Assembly (NCBI GenBank): GCA_002269645.1
Contig: NIVC01000428.1
Location: 62,001-126,000, forward strand
Reading direction: 5' to 3'
DNA: 64,000 nucleotides
DNA from: Macrostomum lignano
Taxonomy: Eukaryota
Under the pieces are notes generated by a model. The model saw only the letters and a list, made by a program, of their open reading frames with translations. It had not been told where the DNA came from and made no database searches. Within the stretch, counting starts at the first letter, position 1. Each line of letters opens with the position of its first letter. Position numbers and translations under genes: made by a program. Of the stretch, positions 37,148 through 49,962 are shown piece by piece.

Positions 37148-38728
37148 TGCTGACTGAAATAAATGGTTTGGTTTCAGTCGATTGTGCAGCTTCTTGGTCT
37201 GTGCATTTGTGGTGGAGTGCACTAACTGGCTATTTAATCTTATTGCAAAATTGGAAGGTTTTTGGTTGGCTGGCTACACCATAGACAAGTTGTTGCTCAA
37301 TCTATTGCAGTTAAGTCAAATCTGTGCTTTGCCTTATAGCACATTCATTACCTATAGACTGCTTTCATTGCAGTAAACAATGGGTAACCATTGGAGATTA
37401 CTAATAGTAGTAGATCGCTAATATCATCATATAACTATAAAGAAAAAACTAGCCTAAGTAGCAAGATATTAAAGCCTAATCAACTACTTGAGTTTGATCC
37501 CTTAAATTAAAGTCACATTTGAGAGTCATAAGGATAAGGAGCTGTAATGCAGAAAGGCACTTAAAAGCTATGCAGGAGCAATAGTGCAAATGCAAACTCT
37601 TTGAATATATTAAAGAAAATAGCAGACATGAAAAAGAAGAACCTTAGGAAGACCAGGTAATAAGATCATTTGATAAGACTAGAAAATAGGATATATCTAA
37701 ATATACTAATACTATATACTAAAAAGCTAACTACAAGTATCTAGAGATAATAGCACTTACTGCTAGATAAATATTAAGTTTTTACATTTAAACCTATAAG
37801 CTACCAAGTTGAGAAAAATAATGTTTAACTAGTAGACCAAGATAATAGGACAATTATGTGTATGAAAACAAAATATTTTTGGGATGCTAGGTTCAAACTA
37901 GCTATTTTCACTGGCCTCCTTTCTTTTGATGCTCTTTGCCCAATCTTTGTTGCAAAGAACTTTTATTGTCTATAGCTTATGGGAAAATTTCCATAAAGAA
38001 ACCAAAAACGAATAATTTTCTACTTAATGGCTATCTTAAAAACTGTTTATAACTGCATTAACAAATTTATAAGTTACAATTTCACTAAAGATTGAGACAA
38101 AAAGGAGATAGATCTAAAAACTTCTAAAAAACTTGTTAGATTTTTTGCTTTTTTAGGAAGGAATCTAATTGGTAATATTCAAGAAAAAACTTTTTAGAAA
38201 TGCCCTAACTTGAATATTATTAAAATTGTTTTTTTGCACTAATAAGATGGTTCTGGCCAAAGTTTTCATATTTGAGATTTTCATATGTGGCTTATAGGAA
38301 AAAGAACTAAATTATTTAAATTATCATCATCTTAGTATTAAACAATGCTACATTCACTAAATTGTTATATTGTGTTGCATTGGCTATGCAGAGCTTAGCT
38401 CATGGTAGCAATATTCTTATTTGCCAACAAAATGATTTATAATCAAATTAAATGAACTTTTAGGCCAAGGCAACTGAATAATTTTTCAATCATATGTGTA
38501 CATTGTGTATCCTATATAATATACAGTGTACATTTAGTTCTATGATCTTAAGATAATATACATATATATTGTATAAATGTAAGATATATATATATATGCT
38601 TACACTGAATATTAAGTACTCCTGCAACACTTTTATAGTTAATTAATTAAATAAATAGGGGAAAAATCTACAGAGTCAATGAAATATAAACTAATGTATA
38701 AAGCCCTAATAAAACACAAAAACAAATA

Positions 38729-38815
38729 TGCATTGTTTGTCACAAAGAAGTTTGACCAAAGCAACATGGCTTTCAATGTGATAGTTGTCAATACTAGTAG
38801 CACAGAATAGGGTGT
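38729..38815 (+). pseudogene. Decayed PHD finger, probably the N-terminal part of the MULE-type transposon gene
   Basis: Translates as CIVCHKEV*PKQHGFQCDSCQY**HRIGC: Cys/His spacing intact, three stop codons. Confidence 0.7.
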
Positions 38816-39496
38816 TTATCAGTTAGTCTAAACTGACTTTCATTGGTCCTGCGCAATTAGTATAAATGCATGAAATTACAAGTAATTGTAATGTAGTTGT
38901 GATAAAAATGCTTGGTTTATCACAACTTGGTAATGTAAATCTAGCTATAGTTGAGTAGCTTAACACTTAGCTTATTGTTCAACTTGACAATGCGAATCCA
39001 GCACTAGTTCAGTAGACTATAGCTGAGTTAGATGATTATTTATTGTTAGATAGGCCCTAAGCTATATGCTAATGTCCAGCCTCTGAAATGCCATTAGTAA
39101 TTGCAAAGAGCTCCCTTGTTTAAATATTAATGCAGTCTTTTCTTATCAAAAATCGCAAGAAATATGTTATAAAGTCCTTTATAATGTTAGTCAAAGAGAG
39201 AAAGATGCTTTTCACCAAATTTGTATAATGCTAAATATTTGCTGAGTTGTAATTATAGCCAAGCTGGTATGACATACAAGAGATGCATAAAATATAAAGG
39301 GGTACCATTTGTCCAAGAATAGCAAAACAAGCAATAAATGGTCAATTCCAAAATGGCACTCTATATACTTACAATCCTAATGTTGCAATTGCTGCTAAGC
39401 AAAAGTTGCAACTAGTAGGAGTTATAACTGAAGCAAAGAGGAATTGCTTTTGACCTACTCAAGCAATAGCGTAAAAAATATTTGTGTAATACAATA

Positions 39497-40804
39497 CGAG
39501 GGTCACTCCGAAAGTTTTTGCGTTCGACCACTTCCCCGCAAGCCAGCGCCGTAAAATTGCACCAAACCTTAATTCCAGAAGTTTTCAACTTGCATATAAA
39601 AATTCAAGTGCCCAGCTTTAAGAGAAGCAACGCAATCTGCAATTGAAATTCAGTTTTCAGCCGCCTGCCAGCCATGGCCGCCGAACTGTCGAGGCGCGAC
39701 ATCCGCGCCATAATTTTCTACAACTTCAAGCGCGGCCTCACGACGCAGCAATGCCACGAGGAGATGCAGGCAGCTCTGGGAGATTCTGCGCCTTCGATCC
39801 GCACCATCCAGAACTGGTACCGCGACCTTCGGGCTGGACGGTGCAGCCTGGACGACGACGACCGAGAAGGACGTCCTGCGACAGCAACGACTGGAGAAAA
39901 CGTCGAGCTGGCACGCAGCCTGATCGAAGAGGATCGGCGTGTGACCCACGTGCAATTGGAGCAGCAGCTGGGCATTGGATCCGGGCAAGTGCAGAAGATT
40001 TTGCACGAACACCTTGGCGTACGGCGACTGTGCGCTCGTTGGGTGCCGCATTTGCTGACGCAGCAGCAGAAGGATGAACGCGTGCGGTGGTGCCGCCAGA
40101 TGCTCGCTGATTTCCAGGACGGCGCCGCACATGGTGTTTTCGACGTCGTGACGGGCGACGAAACCTGGGTGTTCCAGCACGACCCCGAGACGAAGCGCCA
40201 GTCGTCGGTGTGGTGCTTCTTTGGCGAGGAGTCACCAACGAAGGTTCGCCGCTCCAGGAGCGTCGGCAAAGCCATGGTCGCCAGCTTCTTTGGCAGATCA
40301 GGCCACGTGGCGACTGTGGTGCTGGACGGGCAGCGAACAGTGATGGCGGAGTGGTACGTCACAGTCTGCCTGCCGCAGGTGCTGCAGGCGTGGCAGGAGC
40401 GGCATCCCAAACGCGGAATCCGCAGCCTTCGCCTGCACCACGACAATGCGAGTTCGCACACGGCGCAGCGAACCATCACGTTCTTGGCCGAAAATCATGT
40501 TTCCGTGGTCGGACACCCACCCTACTCGCCCGACCTGGCTCCGTGTGATTTTTTTCTGTTTCCGAAGGTGAAGGCCGGGCTTCGTGGACAGAGATTTCCC
40601 ACGGTTGAGGACGCGATTCGTGCGTACAGGGACGGTGTGGATGCACTGACAAAACAGGACTGGGCTGCGGCCTTTGAGCAGTGGTTTGAGCGAATGCGAA
40701 AGTGTGTGTGCACGCAGGGCAACTACTTTGAACAGATGTGAGGGGGTTGAGCTCTGGCGAAAGCTGAAAGTGGTCGAACGCAAAAACTTTCGGAGTGACC
40801 CTCG
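39497..40804 (+). mobile_element. Full-length mariner (Tc1/mariner, DD34D) transposon, 1308 bp
   Basis: Perfect 37-bp TIRs CGAGGGTCACTCCGAAAGTTTTTGCGTTCGACCACTT; TA target duplication at 39495-39496 and 40805-40806. Confidence 0.97.
39674..40741 (+). CDS. Mariner transposase, 355 aa, intact
   Basis: HTH N-terminus, WVPHLL, TGDETW, HHDNA, YSPDLAPCD; 34 residues between the second and third Asp. Confidence 0.97.
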   Translation: MAAELSRRDIRAIIFYNFKRGLTTQQCHEEMQAALGDSAPSIRTIQNWYRDLRAGRCSLDDDDREGRPATATTGENVELARSLIEEDRRVTHVQLEQQLGIGSGQVQKILHEHLGVRRLCARWVPHLLTQQQKDERVRWCRQMLADFQDGAAHGVFDVVTGDETWVFQHDPETKRQSSVWCFFGEESPTKVRRSRSVGKAMVASFFGRSGHVATVVLDGQRTVMAEWYVTVCLPQVLQAWQERHPKRGIRSLRLHHDNASSHTAQRTITFLAENHVSVVGHPPYSPDLAPCDFFLFPKVKAGLRGQRFPTVEDAIRAYRDGVDALTKQDWAAAFEQWFERMRKCVCTQGNYFEQM

Positions 40805-41479
40805 TATAATGTCTAATGAGGGCTTACAAAGAGTTCTTGACAAGCTATTAATCAAATAGCTAGCTAAAAATGCAAACTATAGTTGCTCAAAAGATTGTCT
40901 TTGCAACCTAATAGTTTGAGCTAGATTTGGCTCACTTTCCTAACAAATTCATTTTTGAAAACATTTGCATTGAACTTATCAGATGACAGCACTTGTTGTT
41001 CCTAATTAGAGCCTAGATAACTTTGCTAATACAAGTCACAATGCATTATATGGTTCTTAGATAAAATGTTTATCATTATTAAGGAGACATTCACTTAGCA
41101 ATATTTATTGCACTTTTACATAAAAAAAGATGACCGTATTAAGCAAGTAGGCCTACCTCTGGCATTTGCCCTAATATTAGATAAGTTGGAATTTGAATTT
41201 TATTAGTTTATTATTCAAAATTATAGATTTCCTGCTTATTGTCAATGTAGCCTATGCACATATTTGTATCACAGGAAAATCTTAGTAAGGCTATGCCATT
41301 ATAAGGCCTACTAAGGCATCTTCATCTATATCTTAGCAATGTTGTGCCTGAACCCTGAAGTGGCAATCCTTGACTTTGAAGGTATTATGTGATGGGTGCT
41401 AGTCACTTTGTCAATTGGCATTTTGTTAAATGGTTGATAGTGACAATTTGGCAGGGGTAGCAGCATTTGCAATTGACAA

Positions 41480-42470
41480 AATGACCTTGTTGTTAAACAT
41501 TGTCAAAATCAAGGATGAAGCAAAGTGCCAGTGCTTCCAATTAGTAGTGGCCATCAACAAATCTAAAATGCTGGAGCTTGCAAGCAATGGCCTAGATCTA
41601 CCTTCCATTACTCAGTTGGTATAGATTGCCAATTGGACTTGTGAAGCCTCCCAACCTCAACCACCTGCCAACCTCTAGTTTGAAATGGCACTGGATCAAA
41701 TCCTTTGGGGATTTCTATGCAACAATATCCATGTTGAAAGAACAAGCAAGCGCCATCTCCTATTGTTCACCTCCAATCAGCTTGACATTGTTGTATCACA
41801 TAAAGTATGGTTCTTGGATGGGACTTTTGATATCATCCATGCGCCATTCAAACAACTATATTCCTTCATTGTTATATTTGACGAGGTGTAACTATGATGC
41901 AAAGCAGGTCCCACTGGCCTGCTTTGCAATGTGGCAAGGCTTTGCCTGATTACATAGCCATTTTTTACTCATTGAGACAGGCCCTTGGCAACTTGACCTT
42001 AGAGGTCTGTATCCTGAACTTTGAGGCCATAGCTTGACAGGCTTTATGCACTATGTTCCTGGTAGCAACTTAGCAAGGTGCCAAGGTGGTCTCTTTCACT
42101 ATGCTCAAGCTATTTTCTGCCAAGTATAGCAGCAAGGCCTGCAGCGAAGGTATCTAGTGGACCCCGGCACTTGCAACTTCATTCAGATACTGATAGCCTT
42201 GCCTTCCTTGCCAGCAGAGCATATGAGTAATGGACTCTTCCAAGTCATTGCTAGAGTTTATTCACTGTTGTTGCTAGACATGGCTAAGTATATCAACACA
42301 ACGTGGCTATCCAAACAAGTGCATGGAGTGCAAGAGATCAGCCTGTTTAGTCAGGCTATATAAACAAACAATGAAGTGGACTGGTATAGGAAATTAAAGC
42401 AATAGGCTGAGGGGGTGCAACTGACACTATATCCACTCTTGCAGTTATTACATTCAGAAGCTATGCTTGT
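41480..42470 (+). pseudogene. Decayed Mutator-like (MULE) transposase
   Basis: Remnant motifs RHLLLFTSNQL, WFLDGTFDIIHAPFKQLYS, KQVPL, GGLFHYAQAIF, (R>*)TNNEV.WY..L, with many stops and frameshifts. Confidence 0.82.
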
Positions 42471-42509
42471 GCCAATCCAAGCTGCTTTGGTACAATGAGG
42501 CACACACTG

Positions 42510-42740
42510 AATAAAACGCGGAAACAGACATGGATACGGACCGGATGCATTGGATAAAACGTGGAATATGGAAATAGAAGATAAAATGCAGAAACGGACA
42601 CGGATACGGACCAAATGCAGTGGATAAAACACAGAATATGGAAATAGAAGGTAAAAAATGTGGATGGCAGAAATGGATGCAATTTGGAATGGATTTATTG
42701 GTTAAAAAGCGGATAAACAGCAGACTGCGAATACAGAAAC
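42510..42740. repeat. Short CpG-containing repeat with about 75-bp units (CGGATACGGACC...GGATAAAAC...GGAATATGGAAATAGAAG) at the 3' end of the MULE relic
   Basis: Two to three degenerate direct copies. Confidence 0.7.
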
Positions 42741-44329
42741 ATTCAACAGGGGGTCCAAAGAATAAGCGCCGACTTTTTAGCATCTATAGTTAATTTGGCC
42801 TTTATTACTATTCTAGCTCTACTTCTATATATACATGTATATCTTCTAAATACTGATCTTTATCTATATAAGCATTTAGGCCGCCATTTAGCTACTCCTA
42901 CAAGCATACTGCATGTGTGCCAGCCCTGGCTAGCAAAGTATGTAGCGAGTGGCTAAGGTCCTAATGCTAGGAGGGATAGCAGGTAACCAGCAACAATAAG
43001 CAGAATTGAATTGGGTAATATAGCTGAGCAGGAATGCGCGCTAGCAAATGCTGCACTATGTCATGAAAACTTGCTTATCAAACAGAGAACTGTCAAAATA
43101 GGCCTTCAGACCGAATGGGCCCAGGAACTTGCCTAGAGCTGGTGTCTTATAACTGTCTCCTCCTTCGTGCCAATAGCCAATTTAAAGTACTCTCATAGGG
43201 ACTATGATGGTTGTGGCAAAGGTAGGATTAGAAGGACCAGGGTCCAGAATATTTCGCGCAGGCAGGCTCAGCAGGAGAATAGATGTACCAATGTGCTTAA
43301 TAGATTATTAGTTTTCAAAATAGGGTACATAAAGAAATAACTTTTATCCTAGATGGCAAATTATGCGGCAGCACTTATTGAGAAATATTGTCATTGTCGC
43401 GATGCTGTTAATTGTTGCAATAATTTTTCAAGTGTCAACAAATACAATTTGTAAGGTACTTAGTGTTCTACTTTAGGTGGCACAACTCGCAGCTTTGCTA
43501 AGTATTAGGCCTAAACTTTTCAATTGGTTTCAATTGGAAAAAATAGGCCTATGCGCGTAATTAATTTTTTAATATTTTATCTTCTAGAATATTGGCTAGC
43601 TGTAGTTGTCAACTGAACCCAATTTTCCAAAAAATTTTAAAAATCCCGAGTGACAGGCAATTTTAGTGGCAGTTGCCATCATAAATTTGCTGCCATTGCT
43701 AATCATATAACAAACTCACCCCCTTCAATGGCCAGAGAAAAGAATGAAGATGCATGCTACGAAGAATTCCAGCAGATTTACAAGCAAAAGGCTACTTTTA
43801 GTACGCCTCTAACAAACAACCAAAGAAAAATAAGTCACTGCGACAAAAGCATCAATTTTTTTATTAACTTAAACCTGTTTTTAAAATCGTGGTAAGTTTC
43901 GTGATACGTTTTTTGGATCAAACATAACTATTATAAAATGACGAAAATGAGTGTGCTTCACACATTACAAGCGTCTAAAGTAATAACGTAAAGATATTTA
44001 GTGGCTATTGTGGCAGTGGGGTTGCCACCGTCTAATAATTATATTTTAATAATTTTTATTTTTGAATGCGTGCCAGTATTTTTTTCGTGAATACCAACCC
44101 GTGCGGCCAATCGTTGTAATATGACCTCACCCCTCCTTTTGTGGGCCCTAGGAGTGGACCCACTGTTGCTATTCGTTTTCCCATTGTTGGTTAACAGTCT
44201 TTTCACTGATTGGAATTTAAGCGATTCTGTATATGTTTCGGTTATAATTTTCCATTAACCATTGCATGGCCCCCTTGTTGGTTAATTTTTGCCTATTTTT
44301 TACTTTTTTTTTTTTTTTACTATTTACTA

Positions 44330-44430
44330 TTTTACTATTACTATTACTATTTACTATACTATTACTATTACTATTTACTATTACTATTTACTATTACTAT
44401 TTACTATTACTATTTTTTACTATAATTTTT
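44330..44430. repeat. (TAT/TAC)n low-complexity tract
   Basis: Direct observation. Confidence 0.85.
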
Positions 44431-45503
44431 ACTATTTGCTTATATAACTACTCATGCTCAGTTGTCTCTCTCTACTCCTTCCTTTCTAGCCTTTTGGAAA
44501 TCTCTCCCCACTATCTTGTTAGTTTATTAGCGCACCGGCGCCAGTGAAGTCATCCGTCGATAAATTTTACTTTAATCCAAAATAACCTGCGAAAACTAAT
44601 AATAATATTTGCTTTAATAAATAACGACAATTTAACATTTAATATTTATTCCGCTGACTTAAGCCATAGCCTATCTTGAATCCTTTGCCCGTGGGGCGTA
44701 AAACAACTAATCAGTCTCATCTCAAAGAAAGCTCTGAGACCATTAAACGTTCCGTAATACGTAAATTACGGTGGTGGCAGCATCTACCCTACTGACAGTA
44801 ACAAGCTCAGCAAACCGACAAAAGATTACTACGGTGTCAAATCTACCCCGGTGTTTTCTACAACTGAACGACCGTGCCGCTCTACGACCGCTCCGCTACG
44901 ATTACAACTACCCTCCCCCCGGACTTGAGAACCCGGCAGTCGGAGTAAAGGAGAAGAATTTCGTTGTGATTCGTCTGCGCGATTTTCCGGTTTTATTCGT
45001 GCGAACGCAACGCTACCGGTTTTTGAAGAATTACCGGCCGACCTCCAATTTCAAATCTTGTTAAATCTTCTCCACCCCCACCTCACTATCAAGAATTTGA
45101 TGTTGATCTTCTGAGTGAAAGACTGGGCAATATGCAGCAATATGCAACTACTCTCTATTTATTTATTCTACAGTTCTGTTGTTTGCTACTTTCATCCTTA
45201 TATTTGTTTCAATGACACTGTTTTCAACATTCTATTCTGTTTTGTCAGTACTGTCGTTTTGGCACTATTGTAAATTTTTCAACTTTTAAAATTTTATTTA
45301 TTATCATCCTTTTCATAAATTTTCATATGCAAGCATCAACTTAATTTGTGTTATAATAACAATTTACGAAGAAAAGTAACATCCTATATATAACTTCTAA
45401 ATCCAATGTCTACAATATGTATGTATACAAGAGAAGATGAATATAAGTCTTTGTACGCATGTATTCTTGTTTAATATTTTCTGGTAAAAATGTAACTATT
45501 AGC

Positions 45504-45677
45504 CAAGGGCGTAGCCAAGTGGGGTCATTGGGGTCATGAACCCCCCCCCCAGCCGGCTGATCCAGGCCAAATACAGGCAGCAGCCCCCCTCCCCCGTCGC
45601 AGAGGCCTACTAGCACCCCGCCCCCGGTTGCCGCTGTGACTGTGACCCCCGGAAGGAAATTCCTAGCTACGCCACTG
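45504..45677. mobile_element. 174-bp hAT-like MITE
   Basis: Imperfect TIRs CAAGGGCGTAGCCAAG / CAGTGGCGTAGCTAGG (reverse complement); flanking 8-mers CTATTAGC / CAATTAGC (7/8 match, putative TSD). Confidence 0.55.
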
Positions 45678-45955
45678 CAATTAGCTTCTAGAAATAAGAT
45701 GATGGAGTATAAAATCATCGACCTGTTATGGAGTCCAAAATGGGACCTGTTATGGAGTCCAAAGTGGAACCTGTTATGGAGTCCAAAGTGGAACCTGTTA
45801 TTGAGTCCAAAATGGGACCTTTTATGATGCGTTACATCGTGTTTAGAAAAATATTTAGTTTAGTGTGAAAATTTTATGACAGGTGTAAAATATCAGAATC
45901 GGCATAAAAGTACAGCACAATGCAGGCACATCTTTGTCACCCCCCCCCCCCCAAG

Positions 45956-46216
45956 GTGAAATACGGCGCCCCGGCCAGCATGTGGGCCATGTACAACTTC
46001 ACTGGCACCGGCTACACTCTGCACAGCTGGTCCCTAAGCAAAACTCCCACCCGCCTGATAGAGGCTTTCTATATTGACTTCCCAAAGCCGCCTGGCGCCC
46101 TGGCCGTGCTTAATAAGCTGGGCCACGATATCGCCGTTGGCCAGGTGGCCGCCAACGGCAGCGTCTGGCAGCACATGGTTGGCCACTCGCCGTACAGCGT
46201 CGCCTTCCGTCAGCAG
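45956..46216 (+). pseudogene. Orphan duplicate of hydrolase exon 5
   Basis: Near-identical inverted copy of 32421-32681 with intact AG/GT, one M>I change, and no neighbouring exons. Confidence 0.88.
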
Positions 46217-49200
46217 GTAAAGTCTGTTCCCTGTTTTAAGAAAATCTCCTAAACACGTCAAAATCTCCCTCTAATCCGCGTCAAAATCTCCCTCTAATCC
46301 ATGTCGAATCTCCCTCTAATCCCATGTCAAATCTCTCTCGAATCCCATGTCAAATCTCTCTCGAATCCCATGTCAAATCTCCCTCTAATCCCATGTCAAA
46401 TCTCTCTCGAATCCCATGTCAAATCTCTCTCGAATCCTATGTCAAATCTCCCTCTAATCCATGTCAAATCTCTCTCTAATCCCATACCGTTGCTATGCAG
46501 TTGCTATGCAGTTGCTATGCCGTTGCTATACCGCTGCTATGCAGTTGCTATGTCGCTGCTTTGCAGTTGCTATGCCGCTGCTATGCAATTGCTATGCCGT
46601 TGCTATACCGCTGCTATGCAGTTGCTATGTCGCTGCTTTGCAGTTGCTATGCCGCTGCTATGCAATTGCTATGCCGTTGCTATACCGCTGCTATGCAGTT
46701 GCTATGTCGCTTGTTAAATACTTATTGTTAAATAAAGCTAAGGAACTTGGTAGCCAGCAGTTCAGTAGACAGGGGCAATGCAATTATAGGAAGTACAACA
46801 GAGAAATGGACAAGTCGTTGTTTACCTGCACTCCTGTTTTATTTATCAATACCTAACAATGCAATGCTTGCGATGCTTGAATTAAATCATTTTATTTGTT
46901 TTATTTGCAATAAATCGATATTATTTTGTGCGCACTTTAAAACTAGCCGGATAAATTGAATGTACTTTTGCTAGCCTGGTGAGCAATTGTAACTGCGCTT
47001 TTAATTTTCAATATAAACTTTGCCGAAAGTTGCTCTTAGTCACCAGCTTCCGGTTTGCTTGGCTTTCGCGTCAGTAAATTATGTAGTTCTGTATAGCTGT
47101 GCATTTTGTGTATTTTTAGCTGATTATATTACTCAAATCAATCAATTAATGTTAATGCAGACGCGTTTAATAATATCTAGTGAATAAACCAGTGCAGTCT
47201 GTCTTTGTCTGCGGAGGCGCTTGAGAATGGCTGACAACAAACCGTAATTCTTCATGTTATTGCGGCTCTTTTTGATTAAGGAATAGCAATTTGTTAATGA
47301 AAGCAATTTGTTAATAGTCTACTATGTTAGCTGGTTCTCTTTTGATTGTCTCAGTCAGCTTAATTGTCACCCTGATTACCTGTTTGTGTGCCTTCTGATG
47401 CACTCGGCAGATGCTATGGGAAAGAAATTTTGATAAACAGGATCAATGATAAAATGCTGTGATTATGAAGGCTAAAGTATAAAATATATACAAAAATATG
47501 CCAAACAAAGGTCTCCTCGGGCGCGCTAAATAAGCACCGGGCGCCAAAAATAAGCATTAGGGGCCAAAACAGCGTCAGGGGTCAAAACAGCTTCAGAGGC
47601 CCAAAAGCATCAAGCGCCAAACATAAGCGTCAGGCGCCAAAAATAAGCGTCAGGCGCCAAAAATAAGCATCAAACGCCAAAAATAAGCATCAGGCGCCAA
47701 AAATAAGCATCAAACGCCAAAAATAAGCATCAGGCGCCAAAAATAAGCAGCAGGCGCCAAACATAAGCGTCAGGCGCCAAAAATAAGCAGCAGGCGCCAA
47801 GAATAAGCATCAAACGCCAAAAAAAAGCATCAGGCGCCAAACATAAGCGTCAGGCGCCAAAAATAAGCAGCAGGCGCCAAGAATAAGCATCAAACGTCAA
47901 AAATAAGCATCAACCGCCAAAAATAAGCATCAGGTGCCAAAAATAAGCATCAAGCGCCAAAAATAAGCATCAACCGCCAAAAATATGCATCAACCGCCAA
48001 AAATAAGCATCAACCGCCAAAAATAAGCATCAGGTGCCAAAAATAAGCATCAAGCGCCAAAAATAAGCATCAGGTGCCAAAAATAAGCGTCAGGTGCCAA
48101 AAATAAGCATCAAACGTCAAAAATAAGCATCAGGTGCCAAAAATAAGCGTCAGGTGCCAAAAATAAGCATCAAACGTCAAAAATAAGCATCAGGCGCCAA
48201 AAATAAGCATCAAGCGCCAAAAATAAGCATCAGGCGCCAAAAATAAGCATCAGGCGCCAAAAGCAAGTAGTCGGGACGGCAGGAGCGCATAAAGGACGCC
48301 AAAATCAGCAGCACTTTTAGAGAATTCCTGCCGATGGTTCGTCAAGCCCATAACTTCCCGAACGTCTTAACCTGCATAAGTTCGCTCCCCAGCCTTAATT
48401 AGGCGTCAAATGAATTTCACTCGAACTGGAAAACCCCAGTTGGTCTTTGGTCTAAATTTAGATCAAAGCTAAATTATTCATTTAACCTAAAGATGCATTT
48501 TCGTAATAAACTCTATTAATATTGGTCCATTAATACAGCACTCAGGCTTGCATTAACATCCTGTTAATAATCTTCGTCATATTAATTATTTATTGGCTTT
48601 GGTCCAGCCTTTTTTTATACGTCTCGTGTCTAAACATGGCCTTAAGTCTGCCAAGTTCAACTGAGGATATAAAACTTGAGTCGCACCTCATTCTCAACAT
48701 GGTTTCAAATTTCATTTAGAGATGCAAAATTGACTTCCTCTGAGTTCAGAGATTCCTTAAATGAGCTCTGCTCCATCCATGGACTCGCCTCAGAACTCCC
48801 AAAAAACGCGCTGCCTCAGAGATCCCTAAAAGTGAGCTGCCCCAGAGATCCCTAAAAGTGAGCTGCCCCAGAGATCCCTAAAGGTGAGCTGTCTCATAGA
48901 TCCCTAAAAGTGAGCTGCCCCAGAGATCCCTAAAAGTAAGCTGCCTCAGAGATCCCTAAAGGTGAGCTGCCCGAGATATCCCTAAAAGTAAGCTGCCTCA
49001 GAGATCCCTAAAGGTGAGCTGCCCCAGAGATTCCTAAAGGTGAGCTGCCCCAGAGATCCCTAAAAGTGAGCTGCCCAGAGATCCCTAAAAGTGAGCTGCC
49101 CCAGAGATCCCTAAAAGTGAGCTGCCCCAGAGATCCCTAAAAGCGAGCTGCCCCAGAGATCCCTAAAGGTGAGCTGCCCCAGAGATCCCTAAAAGTGAGC

Positions 49201-49603
49201 TGCCTCAGAGATCCCTAAAAGTGAGCTGCCTCAGAGATCCCTAAAAGTGAGCTGTCCCATAGATCCCTAAAAGTGAGCTGCCCCAGAGATCCCTAAAAGT
49301 AAGCTGCCTCAGAGATCCCTAAAGGTGAGCTGCCCGAGATATCCCTAAAAGTAAGCTGCCTCAGAGATCCCTAAAGGTGAGCTGCCCCAGAGATTCCTAA
49401 AGGTGAGCTGCCCCAGAGATCCCTAAAAGTGAGCTGCCCCAGAGATCCCTAAAAGTGAGCTGCCCCAGAGATCCCTAAAAGTGAGCTGCCCCAGAGATCC
49501 CTAAAAGTGAGCTGCCCCAGAGATCCCTAAAGGTGAGCTGCCCCAGAGATCCCTAAAAGTGAGCTGCCTCAGAGATCCCTAATCAACCCTTGAAAGATCC
49601 TGT

Positions 49604-49962
49604 TGAGGTGCCGGGCGTGTTTTGATGTACTGCACTGCACCTGACTCACCTGAGTCCAATAATGAGTAACTCTAACTAGCCAGCCAGCCTAACTAACCAA
49701 ACCGGCCTACTCCGGTGTACGCTGCTCTGCGTACTTTCTCTCTCTCTCCCCCTTGACATGATAATATTCAGTAGTGATCGATTCTGAGTTTTAAGCCCAC
49801 TTACTTGTTTGTCTTTTAAGCCTATATATTGGTCTCGCCACCTACCACCTCGTATCTCACAATCTTTGCAATAATTCGCTCGTCTCAAATACACAACTTC
49901 GTACTTGACTCAAACCAAGCCTACGGGCGGCCTTGTCATCGTTTACTGGGCGCGACTCGACA
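49604..49962. mobile_element. Probable solo LTR, 359 bp, present only in the right arm
   Basis: TG...CA ends with a 5-bp direct repeat CCTGT (49599-49603 and 49963-49967); the empty site GATCCTGTAATG is present (reverse complement) near 24215-24230. Confidence 0.72.

Noticed and set aside
44940-45115. F-box-like stretch FEELPADLQFQILLNL
   Set aside because: Short, bounded by stops, with no start codon or supporting exon; could be chance
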